Source of the DNA: Armatimonadota bacterium
GTDB lineage: Bacteria; Armatimonadota; Fimbriimonadia; Fimbriimonadales; GBS-DC
Length of the DNA stretch: 53,084 bases
Assembly (NCBI GenBank): GCA_030550775.1
Contig: JAUQOS010000004.1
Span: forward strand, 1-53,084
Reading direction: 5' to 3'
Part shown: one piece after another, positions 28,931 to 38,505 of the stretch
How positions within the stretch are numbered: the stretch's first letter is position 1
Layout of the letters: every line of letters begins with the position of its first letter
Made by a program: the position numbers and the translations under genes
The notes under the pieces: model-generated
What the model was told of the DNA's origin: nothing
The model's input: only the letters and a program-made list of their open reading frames with translations
Databases searched by the model: none

Positions 28931-31216
28931 TTAGCGTTTCGGGCGGAACTGCGGTTTGGGCATATCCTCGCCAGGCGGTTGTGGTTTCTCGGGGCGCGGT
29001 GGTTGTTGGGGGCGGTCAGTTCGAGGAGGCGCGGGGCGGCGTTCGGGTGGGCGTGGCGTGGGACCGCCCACAGGTTGCGCTATTGCGCTTACCGTGCCGA
29101 ACTCTTTGGGCTGCTCCAGCCCGCGTGTGGTGAGGTTGATGCGCCCCATATGGTCTATCTCTTTGACGCGCACGCGCAAGATATCGCCCACTTTCACCAC
29201 CTCTTCGGGGCGGCTCACGCGACGGTCGGTCAAGTCGCGCAAATCCACCAGCCCCTCCTTGCCGGGCAATACCTCCACGAACGCGCCGCGTGCCATCAGG
29301 CGCGTCACGCGCCCTGTGAACACCTCGCCCACCGCAATCTCTTTGGTCAGCGCTTCAATCATCTGGCGGGCGCGCTCGCCCGACTCGCCGTCAGGCGCCG
29401 CGATATACACCTTGCCCGTCTGCTCGATCTGGATTTGCGCCCCCGTCTCGGCGATGATTTTCTTGACCGTCTTGCCCGCAGGTCCGATTACATCGCCAAT
29501 CTTTTCGGGGTTGATTTCCATCACAAAGATGCGCGGGGCACGCGGCGAAATCTCGGGGCGTGGCGCGGGAATCACTTCCAGCATCTTTTCCAAAATAAAC
29601 AGCCGCGCCTGACGCGCCCGCTGCAGAGTTTCGGCAATCACGGGCATGGGCAAACCGGGAATCTTCAGGTCTAACTGGATGGCGGTGATGCCCTGCGCCG
29701 TACCTGCGACCTTGAAGTCCATGTCGCCGCAGGCGTCTTCCATGCCCTGAATGTCGGTCAGGAGCACATAGCGGTCTTCGCTTTCGTACACTAAGCCTGT
29801 CGCGATACCCGCCACAGGAGCTTTGATGGGCACGCCCGCGTCCATCAACGCTAGGGTGCTGCCGCACACGCTTGCCATCGATGTGGAGCCGTTAGACTCC
29901 AACACCTCCGAGTAGAGGAGGATAGCGTAGGGGAACTCCTCTTCGGGCGGGATCATGCGCACGAGGGCGCGTTCTGCGAGCATGCCGTGCCCGACCTCGC
30001 GTCGTCCGGGCCCGCGCAGCGGGCGCACCTCGCCCGTGCTGAACGGCGGGAAGTTGTAAAAGTGCATGTAGCGCTTGGTTTCCTCTTCTACCAAAGCGTC
30101 GAGGATTTGTGCCTCGTGCAGGGCACCGAGCGTGCAGGTGGTGAGCACCTGTGTTTGTCCGCGTTGGAACAGCCCGCTGCCGTGGGTGCGCGGTAGAAAG
30201 CCCACAGCGCAATAGATTTCGCGGATTTCCTCAGGCGCGCGCCCGTCGGGGCGTTTGCCCTCGTTCAGAATCAGCTCGCGAACGGTCTCTTTGATGACTT
30301 CATCCACCGCCATGCTCAGTTCCAGTTCGCGCCCTTCGTAGGGTGGAGGCGATTCGGGGTCAGGCGGGGTGTTCATCTGTACCACGATCTCCTCTTTGAG
30401 CTGGTCTAAGGCGGCTTCGCGCGCCAGTTTGTCGGGGTTTTGGATGGCTTGTTTGATTGATTCGCCGGCGAACGCTTTGACGGCTTGCTTGATTTCGGCA
30501 GGCACGAGGTACAAAGGCAGCGCGGCTTTCGGTTTGCCCGCTTTGGCGCGGAGCTCTTCAATCAAGGCAATTACTTTCTGGTTTTGGAGGTGTGCCAGCT
30601 CGATAGCTTGCATCATCACCTCTTCGGGCACTTGGTCGGCGTCGGCTTCAATCATCATCACATAGTCGGGGCGGCTGGCGACCACCAGCTCCATCGCCGA
30701 CAGTTCCGTAAGGTCACTGTTGGGGTTGACGATGAACTCGCCGTTCACGTAGCCGATGCGCACCGCCCCTAGCGGGCCGTTCCATGGAATGTCGGAGATG
30801 GTCAACGCAGCCGAGGCGCCGATTAGCCCCAGTACAGCAGGCGGGTGGTCAAAATCCACCGACAAGGGCAGCACAATCACCTGCACCTCGTTGCGCATGC
30901 CCTTCGGAAACAGCGGGCGAATGGCGCGGTCGACCAAGCGTCCTTGGACGATTGACTCGTCAGAGGGGCGTCCGCCGCGTTTGACGAAGCCCCCTGGAAT
31001 TTTGCCGACGGCGTATTTGCGCTCTTCGAAGTCCACAACCAGCGGGAAAAAGTCGATATCGGTGCGCGCTTTTGCGCTCATCGTGGCGGTCACTAAAACC
31101 ACGCTGTCGCCGTAGCGAACCACGACGGCGCTGTTGGCTTGGTTGGCGAACCTACCTGTCTCCAGCGACAGAATATCTCCGCCAATCTCGGCGGATACGA
31201 CGATGGGTTCTCGCAT
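28931..31216 (-). CDS. pnp: Polyribonucleotide nucleotidyltransferase (PNPase)
   Basis: FFPL.VDFEE, KIPGGF.KR, RREVGHG.LA, ESNGSTSMAS, GDMDFKVAG, KH and S1 domains. Confidence 0.98.
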   Translation of the reverse strand: MREPIVVSAEIGGDILSLETGRFANQANSAVVVRYGDSVVLVTATMSAKARTDIDFFPLVVDFEERKYAVGKIPGGFVKRGGRPSDESIVQGRLVDRAIRPLFPKGMRNEVQVIVLPLSVDFDHPPAVLGLIGASAALTISDIPWNGPLGAVRIGYVNGEFIVNPNSDLTELSAMELVVASRPDYVMMIEADADQVPEEVMMQAIELAHLQNQKVIALIEELRAKAGKPKAALPLYLVPAEIKQAVKAFAGESIKQAIQNPDKLAREAALDQLKEEIVVQMNTPPDPESPPPYEGRELELSMAVDEVIKETVRELILNEGKRPDGRAPEEIREIYCAVGFLPRTHGSGLFQRGQTQVLTTCTLGALHEAQILDALVEEETKRYMHFYNFPPFSTGEVRPLRGPGRREVGHGMLAERALVRMIPPEEEFPYAILLYSEVLESNGSTSMASVCGSTLALMDAGVPIKAPVAGIATGLVYESEDRYVLLTDIQGMEDACGDMDFKVAGTAQGITAIQLDLKIPGLPMPVIAETLQRARQARLFILEKMLEVIPAPRPEISPRAPRIFVMEINPEKIGDVIGPAGKTVKKIIAETGAQIQIEQTGKVYIAAPDGESGERARQMIEALTKEIAVGEVFTGRVTRLMARGAFVEVLPGKEGLVDLRDLTDRRVSRPEEVVKVGDILRVRVKEIDHMGRINLTTRGLEQPKEFGTVSAIAQPVGGPTPRPPERRPAPPRTDRPQQPPRPEKPQPPGEDMPKPQFRPKR

Positions 31217-31234
31217 GCGGCTCGTGCCTCCTCT

Positions 31235-31510
31235 TTAGCGTTGTCCGCGAAGCCCCAGTTTTTGCACCAGCTCGCGGTAGCGTTGAATGTCTTGGCTGGC
31301 AAGATAGTTCAGCAGCTGGCGGCGTTGCCCCACCAGCTTCACCAGCCCGTAGCGCGAGTGGTAATCTTTGCGATGGGTCTTCAAGTGTTCGGTCAGGTAG
31401 TTGATGCGCGCCGTTAGCAGTGCGATTTGCACCTCCGGCGAGCCGGTGTCTCCTTCATGGCGTTGGAATTCCTTGATGATTGCCTGTTTTTGTTCAGGTG
31501 TGAGCGCCAT
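31235..31510 (-). CDS. rpsO: 30S ribosomal protein S15
   Basis: [36 protein letters not shown] before ATG 31510. Confidence 0.98.
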   Translation of the reverse strand: MALTPEQKQAIIKEFQRHEGDTGSPEVQIALLTARINYLTEHLKTHRKDYHSRYGLVKLVGQRRQLLNYLASQDIQRYRELVQKLGLRGQR

Positions 31511-31544
31511 CGTTTGTGTTGCTACCTCCTCTTTGCAAAGTCGT

Positions 31545-31620
31545 GCGTGGTGAGAGCGAAACACTGCTTCACCAAACCGCCTGAAGCCGCTTGGTGAAAC
31601 AGTCTCCGCTCCCATCACGC
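31545..31620 (-). promoter_or_regulatory. Long hairpin in rpsO 5' UTR, candidate S15 autoregulatory leader
   Basis: About 33-bp stem with several G-U pairs only on the rpsO strand; begins ~6 nt after GGTATAAT (31627-31634, minus). Confidence 0.6.
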
Positions 31621-31682
31621 GCAAGTATTATACCTGTTTTTGCCATAGAGCCTATGGTATAATCCCCACGAGGGCGGAAGCC

Positions 31683-33515
31683 ATGTGTGGTATTACGGGC
31701 TACATCGGACCGCGCCCCGCGCTGGAGGTCGCTTTGGATACGCTCAAACGCTTGGAATATCGCGGCTACGACTCGGCAGGCGTGGCGTACTGGGGCGGTG
31801 AGCACCTACATGTAACCAAGCGCGCGGGCAAAATCCACCAACTGAGCGAACTCCTCAACGGCGTGGAGGCGCACGGCTTGGCAGTGTCGCACACGCGCTG
31901 GGCAACCCACGGCATCCCAAACGATCCCAATGCCCATCCTCACACCGATGAACAGGGGCGCGTCGCCATAGTGCACAACGGCATTATAGAAAACTACCTC
32001 GAGCTCAAGCATGAACTGCTGACGCGCGGTCACCAGTTCCGCTCGGAGACTGACACCGAAGTGCTGGCACACCTGATTGAGGAGCAACTCCTGCAGGGCT
32101 ACGCGCCCGAAGAAGCGGTGCGCCGGGCGCTGCAGCCCGTGCGCGGCTCGTATGCCATTGCGGTATTGTTTAGCGACTATCCCGACCGTGTGGTGGTGGC
32201 ACGCCACGACTCGCCCTTGGTCATCGGCTTGGGCGAAGGCGAAAACTTTATCGCCTCCGATATTCCCGCGTTGCTGCCCTATACACGGCGCGTGATTTTG
32301 CTAGAAAACGGCGATGTAGGCTTGGTCACACGCGAGGCTGTGCACCTTATGCGTTTAGACGGTACCCCCGTCGAGCGCCCCCCTGTGGAGATTACTTGGA
32401 GTGCGGAGGCTGCCGAGAAGGGCGGCTACGAGCACTTCATGCTCAAGGAAATCTTTGAGCAGCCCGAAGCGGTGCGCGACACCCTGCGCGGGCGGCTCAA
32501 GCCCAATGGTGGCATCCAGTTCCCCGAGCTGAAACTGGAAATGGAAGACTGGCAGAAGTTCCGACGCATTATCATCGTGGCGTGTGGCACGGCATACCAC
32601 GCCGGGCTGGTGGGCAAGCACGCGCTGGAGCGCTGGCTCCGCCGCCCTGTAGAGGTGTATTACTCCTCCGAGTTCCGCTACGGCGACCCAATCCTGCAGC
32701 CTAACACCCTAGCAGTGTTCATCAGCCAATCGGGCGAAACGGCGGACACTTTGGCGGCGTTGCGTCTGTGCCGTGAGGCAGGCTACACCACGCTTGGCAT
32801 CGTGAATGTGGTGGGCAGTAGCATCGCCCGCGAGTGCGACCATGTCATCTACACACAGGCAGGTCCGGAAATCTCGGTAGCCTCTACCAAAGCCTACAGC
32901 ACGCAGATTGCGGTGTTGTATCTGCTGGGGCTTTATTTGTCGGCAATCAACGGCACGCTGCCGATGCAAACCTACACGGAGGGTGTCAAGGGGCTAATGC
33001 AAATGCCCTCGCTGATAGCCCGTGCTCTTGAAACCGAGCCACAAGTGCGCGCAATTGCCGAGCAACTTTACCAAACGCCACTGGCGTTCTACCTAGGGCG
33101 CGGCGTGGACGCCTATGTGGCAATGGAAGGCGCGCTCAAACTCAAAGAGATTGCTTATGTGCCCACCCAAGAGCCACCCGCAGGCGAGATGAAGCATGGC
33201 CCGCTGGCGTTGGTGGAGCCAGGCGTAATCGCAGTCTTCATTGCCACTCAGGAGCGTACGCGTGAGAAACTATTGGGCAACCTCAAGGAAATCAAGGCGC
33301 GGCAAGGCACGGTGTTCTTGGTGACCACTGAAGGCGATACCTTGCTGCCCCAAGAAGCCGATTACACCGTGTTTGTGCCGAAGCCCTCATTGGAGGAACT
33401 AACGCCGTTGACCACCATACCTGTGCTGCAGCTGTTTGCCTATCATGTGGCGCGCCTGCGCGGCTGCGAAATTGACCAACCGCGCAACTTGGCAAAAAGC
33501 GTAACGGTGGAATAA
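31683..33515 (+). CDS. glmS: Glutamine-fructose-6-phosphate aminotransferase
   Basis: MCGI, LEYRGYDSAG, HTRWATHG, SQSGETADT, PRNLAKSVTVE. Confidence 0.98.
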   Translation: MCGITGYIGPRPALEVALDTLKRLEYRGYDSAGVAYWGGEHLHVTKRAGKIHQLSELLNGVEAHGLAVSHTRWATHGIPNDPNAHPHTDEQGRVAIVHNGIIENYLELKHELLTRGHQFRSETDTEVLAHLIEEQLLQGYAPEEAVRRALQPVRGSYAIAVLFSDYPDRVVVARHDSPLVIGLGEGENFIASDIPALLPYTRRVILLENGDVGLVTREAVHLMRLDGTPVERPPVEITWSAEAAEKGGYEHFMLKEIFEQPEAVRDTLRGRLKPNGGIQFPELKLEMEDWQKFRRIIIVACGTAYHAGLVGKHALERWLRRPVEVYYSSEFRYGDPILQPNTLAVFISQSGETADTLAALRLCREAGYTTLGIVNVVGSSIARECDHVIYTQAGPEISVASTKAYSTQIAVLYLLGLYLSAINGTLPMQTYTEGVKGLMQMPSLIARALETEPQVRAIAEQLYQTPLAFYLGRGVDAYVAMEGALKLKEIAYVPTQEPPAGEMKHGPLALVEPGVIAVFIATQERTREKLLGNLKEIKARQGTVFLVTTEGDTLLPQEADYTVFVPKPSLEELTPLTTIPVLQLFAYHVARLRGCEIDQPRNLAKSVTVE

Positions 33516-33520
33516 CCCAC

Positions 33521-33865
33521 TCACTCTATCAGCTGTTGGGCGCGTAGCCACCTGAGCGCTGCTGCAGCATAGCGACGCGAGCTGCCCGTGAGGTCGCGCA
33601 CTTGCGCTACCTTTACGGGCGCAGGCAGCGGTCGGAGCTGCTCCGCCAGTTGGAGCAGTGTTTCCGTCGCGAAGTAGATACCTTCCCCTGCATCAGCAAT
33701 TTCGCCTCGCTGAATACCGATTGCAAGCATCGCGCGCACGGCATCGGGAGGCGCGCCAACAAAGTGCGCGGCCATCCGCACGGAGGGGGGCGTCATGCCC
33801 GCCTCGCGGTAAAGGCTCACCACCCGCTGATACAAAGCTTCCTGTCTGGGCGTAAGGGGTTTCAT
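33521..33865 (-). CDS. Stand-alone SelB C-terminal winged-helix (WH3-WH4-like) protein
   Basis: PPS helix start, G.YF, and VAQVRDLTGSSRRYA...L.WL resembling the SelB SECIS-binding ..RD.LG.SRKY motif; no GTPase domain. Confidence 0.7.
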   Translation of the reverse strand: MKPLTPRQEALYQRVVSLYREAGMTPPSVRMAAHFVGAPPDAVRAMLAIGIQRGEIADAGEGIYFATETLLQLAEQLRPLPAPVKVAQVRDLTGSSRRYAAAALRWLRAQQLIE

Positions 33866-33868
33866 TAG

Positions 33869-34018
33869 TGCTTCATCAAGGCTAATTGTTTGGGTTCCGT
33901 GCCCCCCCTCCTTCAGGTTCCCCCCGCTTCGCGAGGGGAACCAAAATCTGCTCGGTTCCCCCTACGCCATAGGGGGAACCTACGGAGGGGGTTCCAAAGA
34001 TTGAGGGTTGACGAAGCA
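33869..34018. mobile_element. MITE family B (150 bp)
   Basis: TIRs TGCTTCATCAA / TTGACGAAGCA, TTAG duplication (33865-33868, 34019-34022), same internal hairpin cassette (33902-33992). Confidence 0.8.
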
Positions 34019-34930
34019 TTAGTTTGCTTGCAGCAACTGGCGCAAGGCAGCCTCTAAATTCGGATACTGAAACTTGTAGCCCGCTTCCAACAGGCGTTTC
34101 GGCAGCACGCGCGAGCCTTGCAACAAGAATTCTGCCATTTCGCCCAACAGCAAGCGCAGCGCGAACGCGGGCGCGCGCACCACCGCAGGGCGCAACAACA
34201 CCCTGCCCAAGGTGCGCGCGAACTCGTGCATCGTCACAGGCTCAGGGGCAGTGAAGTTGAACGCCCCTGCTAAGTCGTCGCGCTCCAGCAAAAACGCTGC
34301 CGCGCCCACCACATCGTCTATGTGAATCCACGACAACCACTGCCTGCCCGACCCCAGCGGACCGCCCACCCCCAGTTTGAACGGCGTCAGCATCCGCTCC
34401 AATGCGCCTCCTCCCGCCCCTAACACTACCCCGATGCGCATACAGCACAAACGCACCCCATGCTCATGCACCAGTTGCGCTGCTGCCTCCCACGCCTTGC
34501 CCAACTCCGCCAAAAAGCCTGTACCATACGGACCGTTCTCGTCGGCGGTAGTTTCGGGGCTTTGGTCGTAGATACCAATCGCGGAGGCTTGGAGCAGCAA
34601 GCGCGGGCGTGGCGACGCCTGGGCGATCGCTTGGGCGATCAGTGCGGTGGTTTTCACGCGGCTGTCCCATAGCCGCTGCTTGACGGCAGGCGTCCAGCGT
34701 TGGGCAATCGGCTCGCCCGCGAGATTGATTACCACCTCGGAGTGGGCTAAGTGCGAAACCCACTCGCCAAGAGTTGCGCCGTCCCAGCCCACAGCCTGAA
34801 CACCTGCTGGGAGGCTCGCCTGAGCGCGCTGAGGATTGCGCGTCAACACCGCCACACTATGCTCGCGGGCAAGACGCGCTACCATCGCCTTACCGATAAA
34901 ACCTGTGCCACCCGCAATCAAAATCCGCAT
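34019..34930 (-). CDS. TIGR01777/YfcH family NAD-dependent epimerase-like protein
   Basis: GGTGFIG, INLAGE, ASAIGIY, WE, RIGVVL, GG.LGSG.QWLSWIHIDD. Confidence 0.93.
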   Translation of the reverse strand: MRILIAGGTGFIGKAMVARLAREHSVAVLTRNPQRAQASLPAGVQAVGWDGATLGEWVSHLAHSEVVINLAGEPIAQRWTPAVKQRLWDSRVKTTALIAQAIAQASPRPRLLLQASAIGIYDQSPETTADENGPYGTGFLAELGKAWEAAAQLVHEHGVRLCCMRIGVVLGAGGGALERMLTPFKLGVGGPLGSGRQWLSWIHIDDVVGAAAFLLERDDLAGAFNFTAPEPVTMHEFARTLGRVLLRPAVVRAPAFALRLLLGEMAEFLLQGSRVLPKRLLEAGYKFQYPNLEAALRQLLQAN

Positions 34931-34997
34931 CGTGTTCCTGCAAAGTATACCGAGTAGGTATCATAAGGGCGCATTCCTATACCTCAAGGAGGAGCCG

Positions 34998-36899
34998 ATG
35001 CGAGCAGGAGTGCTATTGTTGGTAGCGACGACTTTAGTGGCGCTGGCGTGGACGCAGTTCCGTGATGTGCCGCGTCAGCACTGGGCGTATCGCGCCATTC
35101 GCGAGTTGGCGGAGTTAGGCATTCTGGAAGGGTTTCCTGACCGCACCTTCCAGCCTGAGCGCACGATGACCCGCGCCGAGTTTGCGCAAGCCGTCGCGCG
35201 TGCCTACCGCGTGGTAGAGGAGCGTATCCGCGCGTTGGAGACGCGCCTTGCCGAGCGTACTGATGAAACTACGCAGCCTACCCCCGAAGAGCGTCAGCTG
35301 CAGGAGCTGCGTCAAGCCCTGCAAGAGTTGCTGCAACTTCGTACCGCGATTGAAAACCTCCAACGCTTAGCGCAGGAGTTCGAACCCGAGTTGCGTGCGC
35401 AAGGCGAAAACCTGCGCGACCTGCGCCGCGACCTTGCCGCGTTGGAGACCCGCCTGCGCCGCGAGGAACGACGCCGTCAGCCGCTGCGCACCGACTTGAC
35501 CCTCGCTGTTTTCGGCACCCATAGCTACGACAAGCGCAGCGCGTACACCCTCAGCGGGCGCGAAATCAACCCCTCGGGCAAGTTTCTGCAAAGCGTCAGC
35601 GTGTTGCACGAGTTGGGGCTGTCGCTGGATGTGCCTGTGAACGACCAAGTGGATGCCAAAGCAACCCTTATCTTCGGCAACTACTTGCCTTACACTCCTG
35701 ACGCCACGCGCCTTGCCGACATCGTGCGCAGCGACAAGACCACACAGCGCGTGGGGCAAACCGACTTCACTGTGTGGGAAGCCTACGTTAGTACTCCGCT
35801 TGAGCTGTTCGGCTTGCCTGTGCAAGCGCAGATTGGGCGCGTGCCTCTCAAACTCACACCCTACACCCTGCAACGGATTGAACCCGACCACTACTTGGAG
35901 TTTGAGCGCTACCGCGACCGAGCCCACCGCGCCGATGGTGCGCTGCTGAACTTTGGGCAGGGCGCGTTCACAGGACAGCTATTCTTAGTCAGTAGCGTAG
36001 GCGTGCGCGGTAATGTGGGGCGGTTCTTACCCATCTATTTTGCCAACCACAACGCCTCTGTGAGCGCGCCCGCAGACCAAATGGCAGGCATCCGCTTAGC
36101 ATATCAGTTTGACCTAACGGGCTACCCCGTGCAGGTAGGCGCGACGTACTTTGCAGCGGGGGTGGGGCGCAACCGCGATTTTCGCCACCTGAACAACACC
36201 CCGCGCAACGGAATTGACCGCGTGGATGTGCTGGGCTTTGATCTCCAAAGCACAATCAGCGAAGTAGAAGTGCGCTTCGAGTATGCTGTTAGCAACTTGC
36301 TGCGCGGCGACAGCCGCGTGGTGGGCAGCAAGAATAAGGCATACGACCTCTATGCCCGCTATCGCTTCAACGAGCGGCTGGATGGGCAGGTGGGCTACCG
36401 CGAGATTGACCCTTATTTCGTGGCACCCGGCAACTGGGGGCGCATCGGTTACTTATACAACCCTTCCGATATCAAGGGCACCTACCTCGCGGTCAACTAC
36501 CAAGCCACCGATGCGCTGAATCTGCGCCTCGTAGCGGATATCTACACAGGGGCAGCCCGCTTGCCGCTTGCGCAGGGCTATCAGAGCCGTGACCGCCTGC
36601 GCCGCTTCCAACTGGAAGCAAACTACCGATATGCGCCGCGCTTGCAAGTGGGCGCCATCTACGAGAATGTCGGCTGGGACATCGCCCGCACGGGTGCGTT
36701 CGACTTTCGGCGGGGCAAGCCCGAATGGAACTACCTTACCCTGCGCGCCACCTATGACCTAAGCGAAAACTCTCAAGTGCACCTACTCTATCAATACATT
36801 AGCACCGATGGCAAGGGCATTGCGTTGCTGAGTGGCGGCCCTAGCTCCACAGGCAACCGTGCTGGCGTATTCGCCACGAGCCTGAGCTATCGGTTCTAA
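34998..36899 (+). CDS. SLH domain + coiled coil + beta-barrel outer-membrane protein (SlpA/OmpM-like)
   Basis: AAGGAGGAG SD; signal peptide; FRDVP..HWAY.AI..L...GI..GFPD.TF.P....TRAEFA SLH motif; heptad coil; beta-rich body ending ..YRF. Confidence 0.85.
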   Translation: MRAGVLLLVATTLVALAWTQFRDVPRQHWAYRAIRELAELGILEGFPDRTFQPERTMTRAEFAQAVARAYRVVEERIRALETRLAERTDETTQPTPEERQLQELRQALQELLQLRTAIENLQRLAQEFEPELRAQGENLRDLRRDLAALETRLRREERRRQPLRTDLTLAVFGTHSYDKRSAYTLSGREINPSGKFLQSVSVLHELGLSLDVPVNDQVDAKATLIFGNYLPYTPDATRLADIVRSDKTTQRVGQTDFTVWEAYVSTPLELFGLPVQAQIGRVPLKLTPYTLQRIEPDHYLEFERYRDRAHRADGALLNFGQGAFTGQLFLVSSVGVRGNVGRFLPIYFANHNASVSAPADQMAGIRLAYQFDLTGYPVQVGATYFAAGVGRNRDFRHLNNTPRNGIDRVDVLGFDLQSTISEVEVRFEYAVSNLLRGDSRVVGSKNKAYDLYARYRFNERLDGQVGYREIDPYFVAPGNWGRIGYLYNPSDIKGTYLAVNYQATDALNLRLVADIYTGAARLPLAQGYQSRDRLRRFQLEANYRYAPRLQVGAIYENVGWDIARTGAFDFRRGKPEWNYLTLRATYDLSENSQVHLLYQYISTDGKGIALLSGGPSSTGNRAGVFATSLSYRF

Positions 36900-36904
36900 G
36901 TGCG

Positions 36905-37020
36905 ACGCGTCGGCAAACATGCCGACGCGATGACTACGCTGCGCAGGCGGGCACTGCGCACTTGGGAACGGCTTTAGCCGTCTGTGCCCTGCTGTGAGGG
37001 CTTACGGCTCGAGCCGTTCC
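36905..37020. repeat. Cluster of short REP-like palindromes
   Basis: CGCGTCGGCAaacaTGCCGACGCG..CTAC and inverted pair GGAACGGCTTTAGCCGT / ACGGCTCGAGCCGTTCC. Confidence 0.5.
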
Positions 37021-37052
37021 TGTGCAAACAAACCCAATCTTACAGCACGACC

Positions 37053-38489
37053 ATGCGCACACCAGTGGCATATCTGGCAGAACGGCTGGGCGAGCTGCCC
37101 CAAGCGAGCGCGCTCGAGCAGTACCAAGCGTGGTGGCAAACCATAGGTAGCGCGCTTTCAGAAACCGTTGACCGCGCAGGCACGCCCTGGCTGCGCCAGC
37201 ACGACCGATTCGGCAACCGCGTCGACGAACTCCTGCTGCCTGCAGGCTACACCGCCCTCGTGCAAGAGGGCTACAAACACGGCGTGATTTGGCGCGTCAT
37301 TGAACACAGCGACTGGGCAACCAGCTTTGCGCTGGGCTATATCACCTCCTACTACGACCCGGGCGTGTATTGCCCGCACACGGTAAGCCTTTCCACAGCG
37401 GTGCCACTCCAAAAATACGGCACGCCTGCGCTTAGGGAACGGTACCTGTCGCCAATGCTGCGCCGCGACGGCACAGCGTGGCAAGGCGCCACTTGGATGA
37501 CCGAAATCGGGGGCGGTTCCGACCTGGGTGCGAATGTGCATACCCGTGCCGTACCCAACGGCGAGTCTTACCGACTCACGGGCGAAAAATATTTTTGCAG
37601 CAACCTGAACGCCGAACTGGCAGTGGTGGCAGCGCGCCCAGAGGGCGCGCCTGCAGGTGTGCGCGGGCTTGCGCTGTTCCTTGTGCCCCGCGTTCGCCCC
37701 GACGGAAGCCTCAACTACTTCATTCGGCGCGTGAAAGACAAAATCGGCACGCGCGCGGTCATCACGGGCGAGGTGGAATTGCGCGAGAGCATCGGCTACC
37801 TGCTTGGAAGCGCGGAAGTGGGCATTTATCTTATTTTGGAGGTGCTCAACATCTCGCGTGTGGCAAACAGCGTCGGCAGTGTCGCGTTGCTACAGCGCGC
37901 GATTGACGAGGCGCGCGCCTTCGCCCAGCAGCGGGTGGCGTTCGGCAAGCCGTTGGCAGAGCAACCGCTGATGCGCGCCCAGTTTGAACGCTGGGAGCGG
38001 ACGCTTCGTGTGGCTTTCGCGCTGGCGTGGGAAACAATGCGCCTGCTGAGCGAAGTGTGGGCGCAAACCCCACCCTACAGCGCGCGCTACCACCTGTTTC
38101 GCCTACTCACCCACTTGGCAAAGTATTGGACAGCCGAGCAAGCGGTGCAAGCCACCAAGTGGTGTATGGAGGTGCACGGCGGCGCGGGCGTGCTGGCAGA
38201 ATATGGCATAGAACGGTTGCTGCGCGAGGCGATGGTGTTGCCGATTTGGGAAGGCGGGAGCCATCGGCAGATGCTGGACGCGTTAGAGGTCATCCAACGC
38301 CGCAACGCCCATCTACTGCTGTTGGAACACCTGCAGCCGTTCGCAGAGCCTGCCGCCATTCAGGCGTGGCGCGAGCGCATTGACGCCTATCTCCAACAGC
38401 CTTTAGAGGTGCAAGAAGCAGACTTAGAGAGCCTAATACCGCCGCTGGCAGAGTGGGTGGGTACCGTGCTTCAAGCGGCATACCAATAG
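37053..38489 (+). CDS. Acyl-CoA dehydrogenase (AidB-like)
   Basis: CP, WMTE.GGGSD, GEKYFCS, KDKIGT, R.AFGK.L, HGG.G, IWEG. Confidence 0.9.
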   Translation: MRTPVAYLAERLGELPQASALEQYQAWWQTIGSALSETVDRAGTPWLRQHDRFGNRVDELLLPAGYTALVQEGYKHGVIWRVIEHSDWATSFALGYITSYYDPGVYCPHTVSLSTAVPLQKYGTPALRERYLSPMLRRDGTAWQGATWMTEIGGGSDLGANVHTRAVPNGESYRLTGEKYFCSNLNAELAVVAARPEGAPAGVRGLALFLVPRVRPDGSLNYFIRRVKDKIGTRAVITGEVELRESIGYLLGSAEVGIYLILEVLNISRVANSVGSVALLQRAIDEARAFAQQRVAFGKPLAEQPLMRAQFERWERTLRVAFALAWETMRLLSEVWAQTPPYSARYHLFRLLTHLAKYWTAEQAVQATKWCMEVHGGAGVLAEYGIERLLREAMVLPIWEGGSHRQMLDALEVIQRRNAHLLLLEHLQPFAEPAAIQAWRERIDAYLQQPLEVQEADLESLIPPLAEWVGTVLQAAYQ

Positions 38490-38505
38490 GTATACTCCAG
38501 CGCGT

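Noticed and set aside
31545..31620. Long hairpin as 4.5S SRP RNA
   Set aside because: Contains CAGG and AGCAG but lacks the GNRA-capped helix 8 geometry, and it sits in the rpsO 5' UTR.
31635..31682. glmS ribozyme
   Set aside because: The -10 motif is only ~20 nt before the start; there is no room and no consensus.
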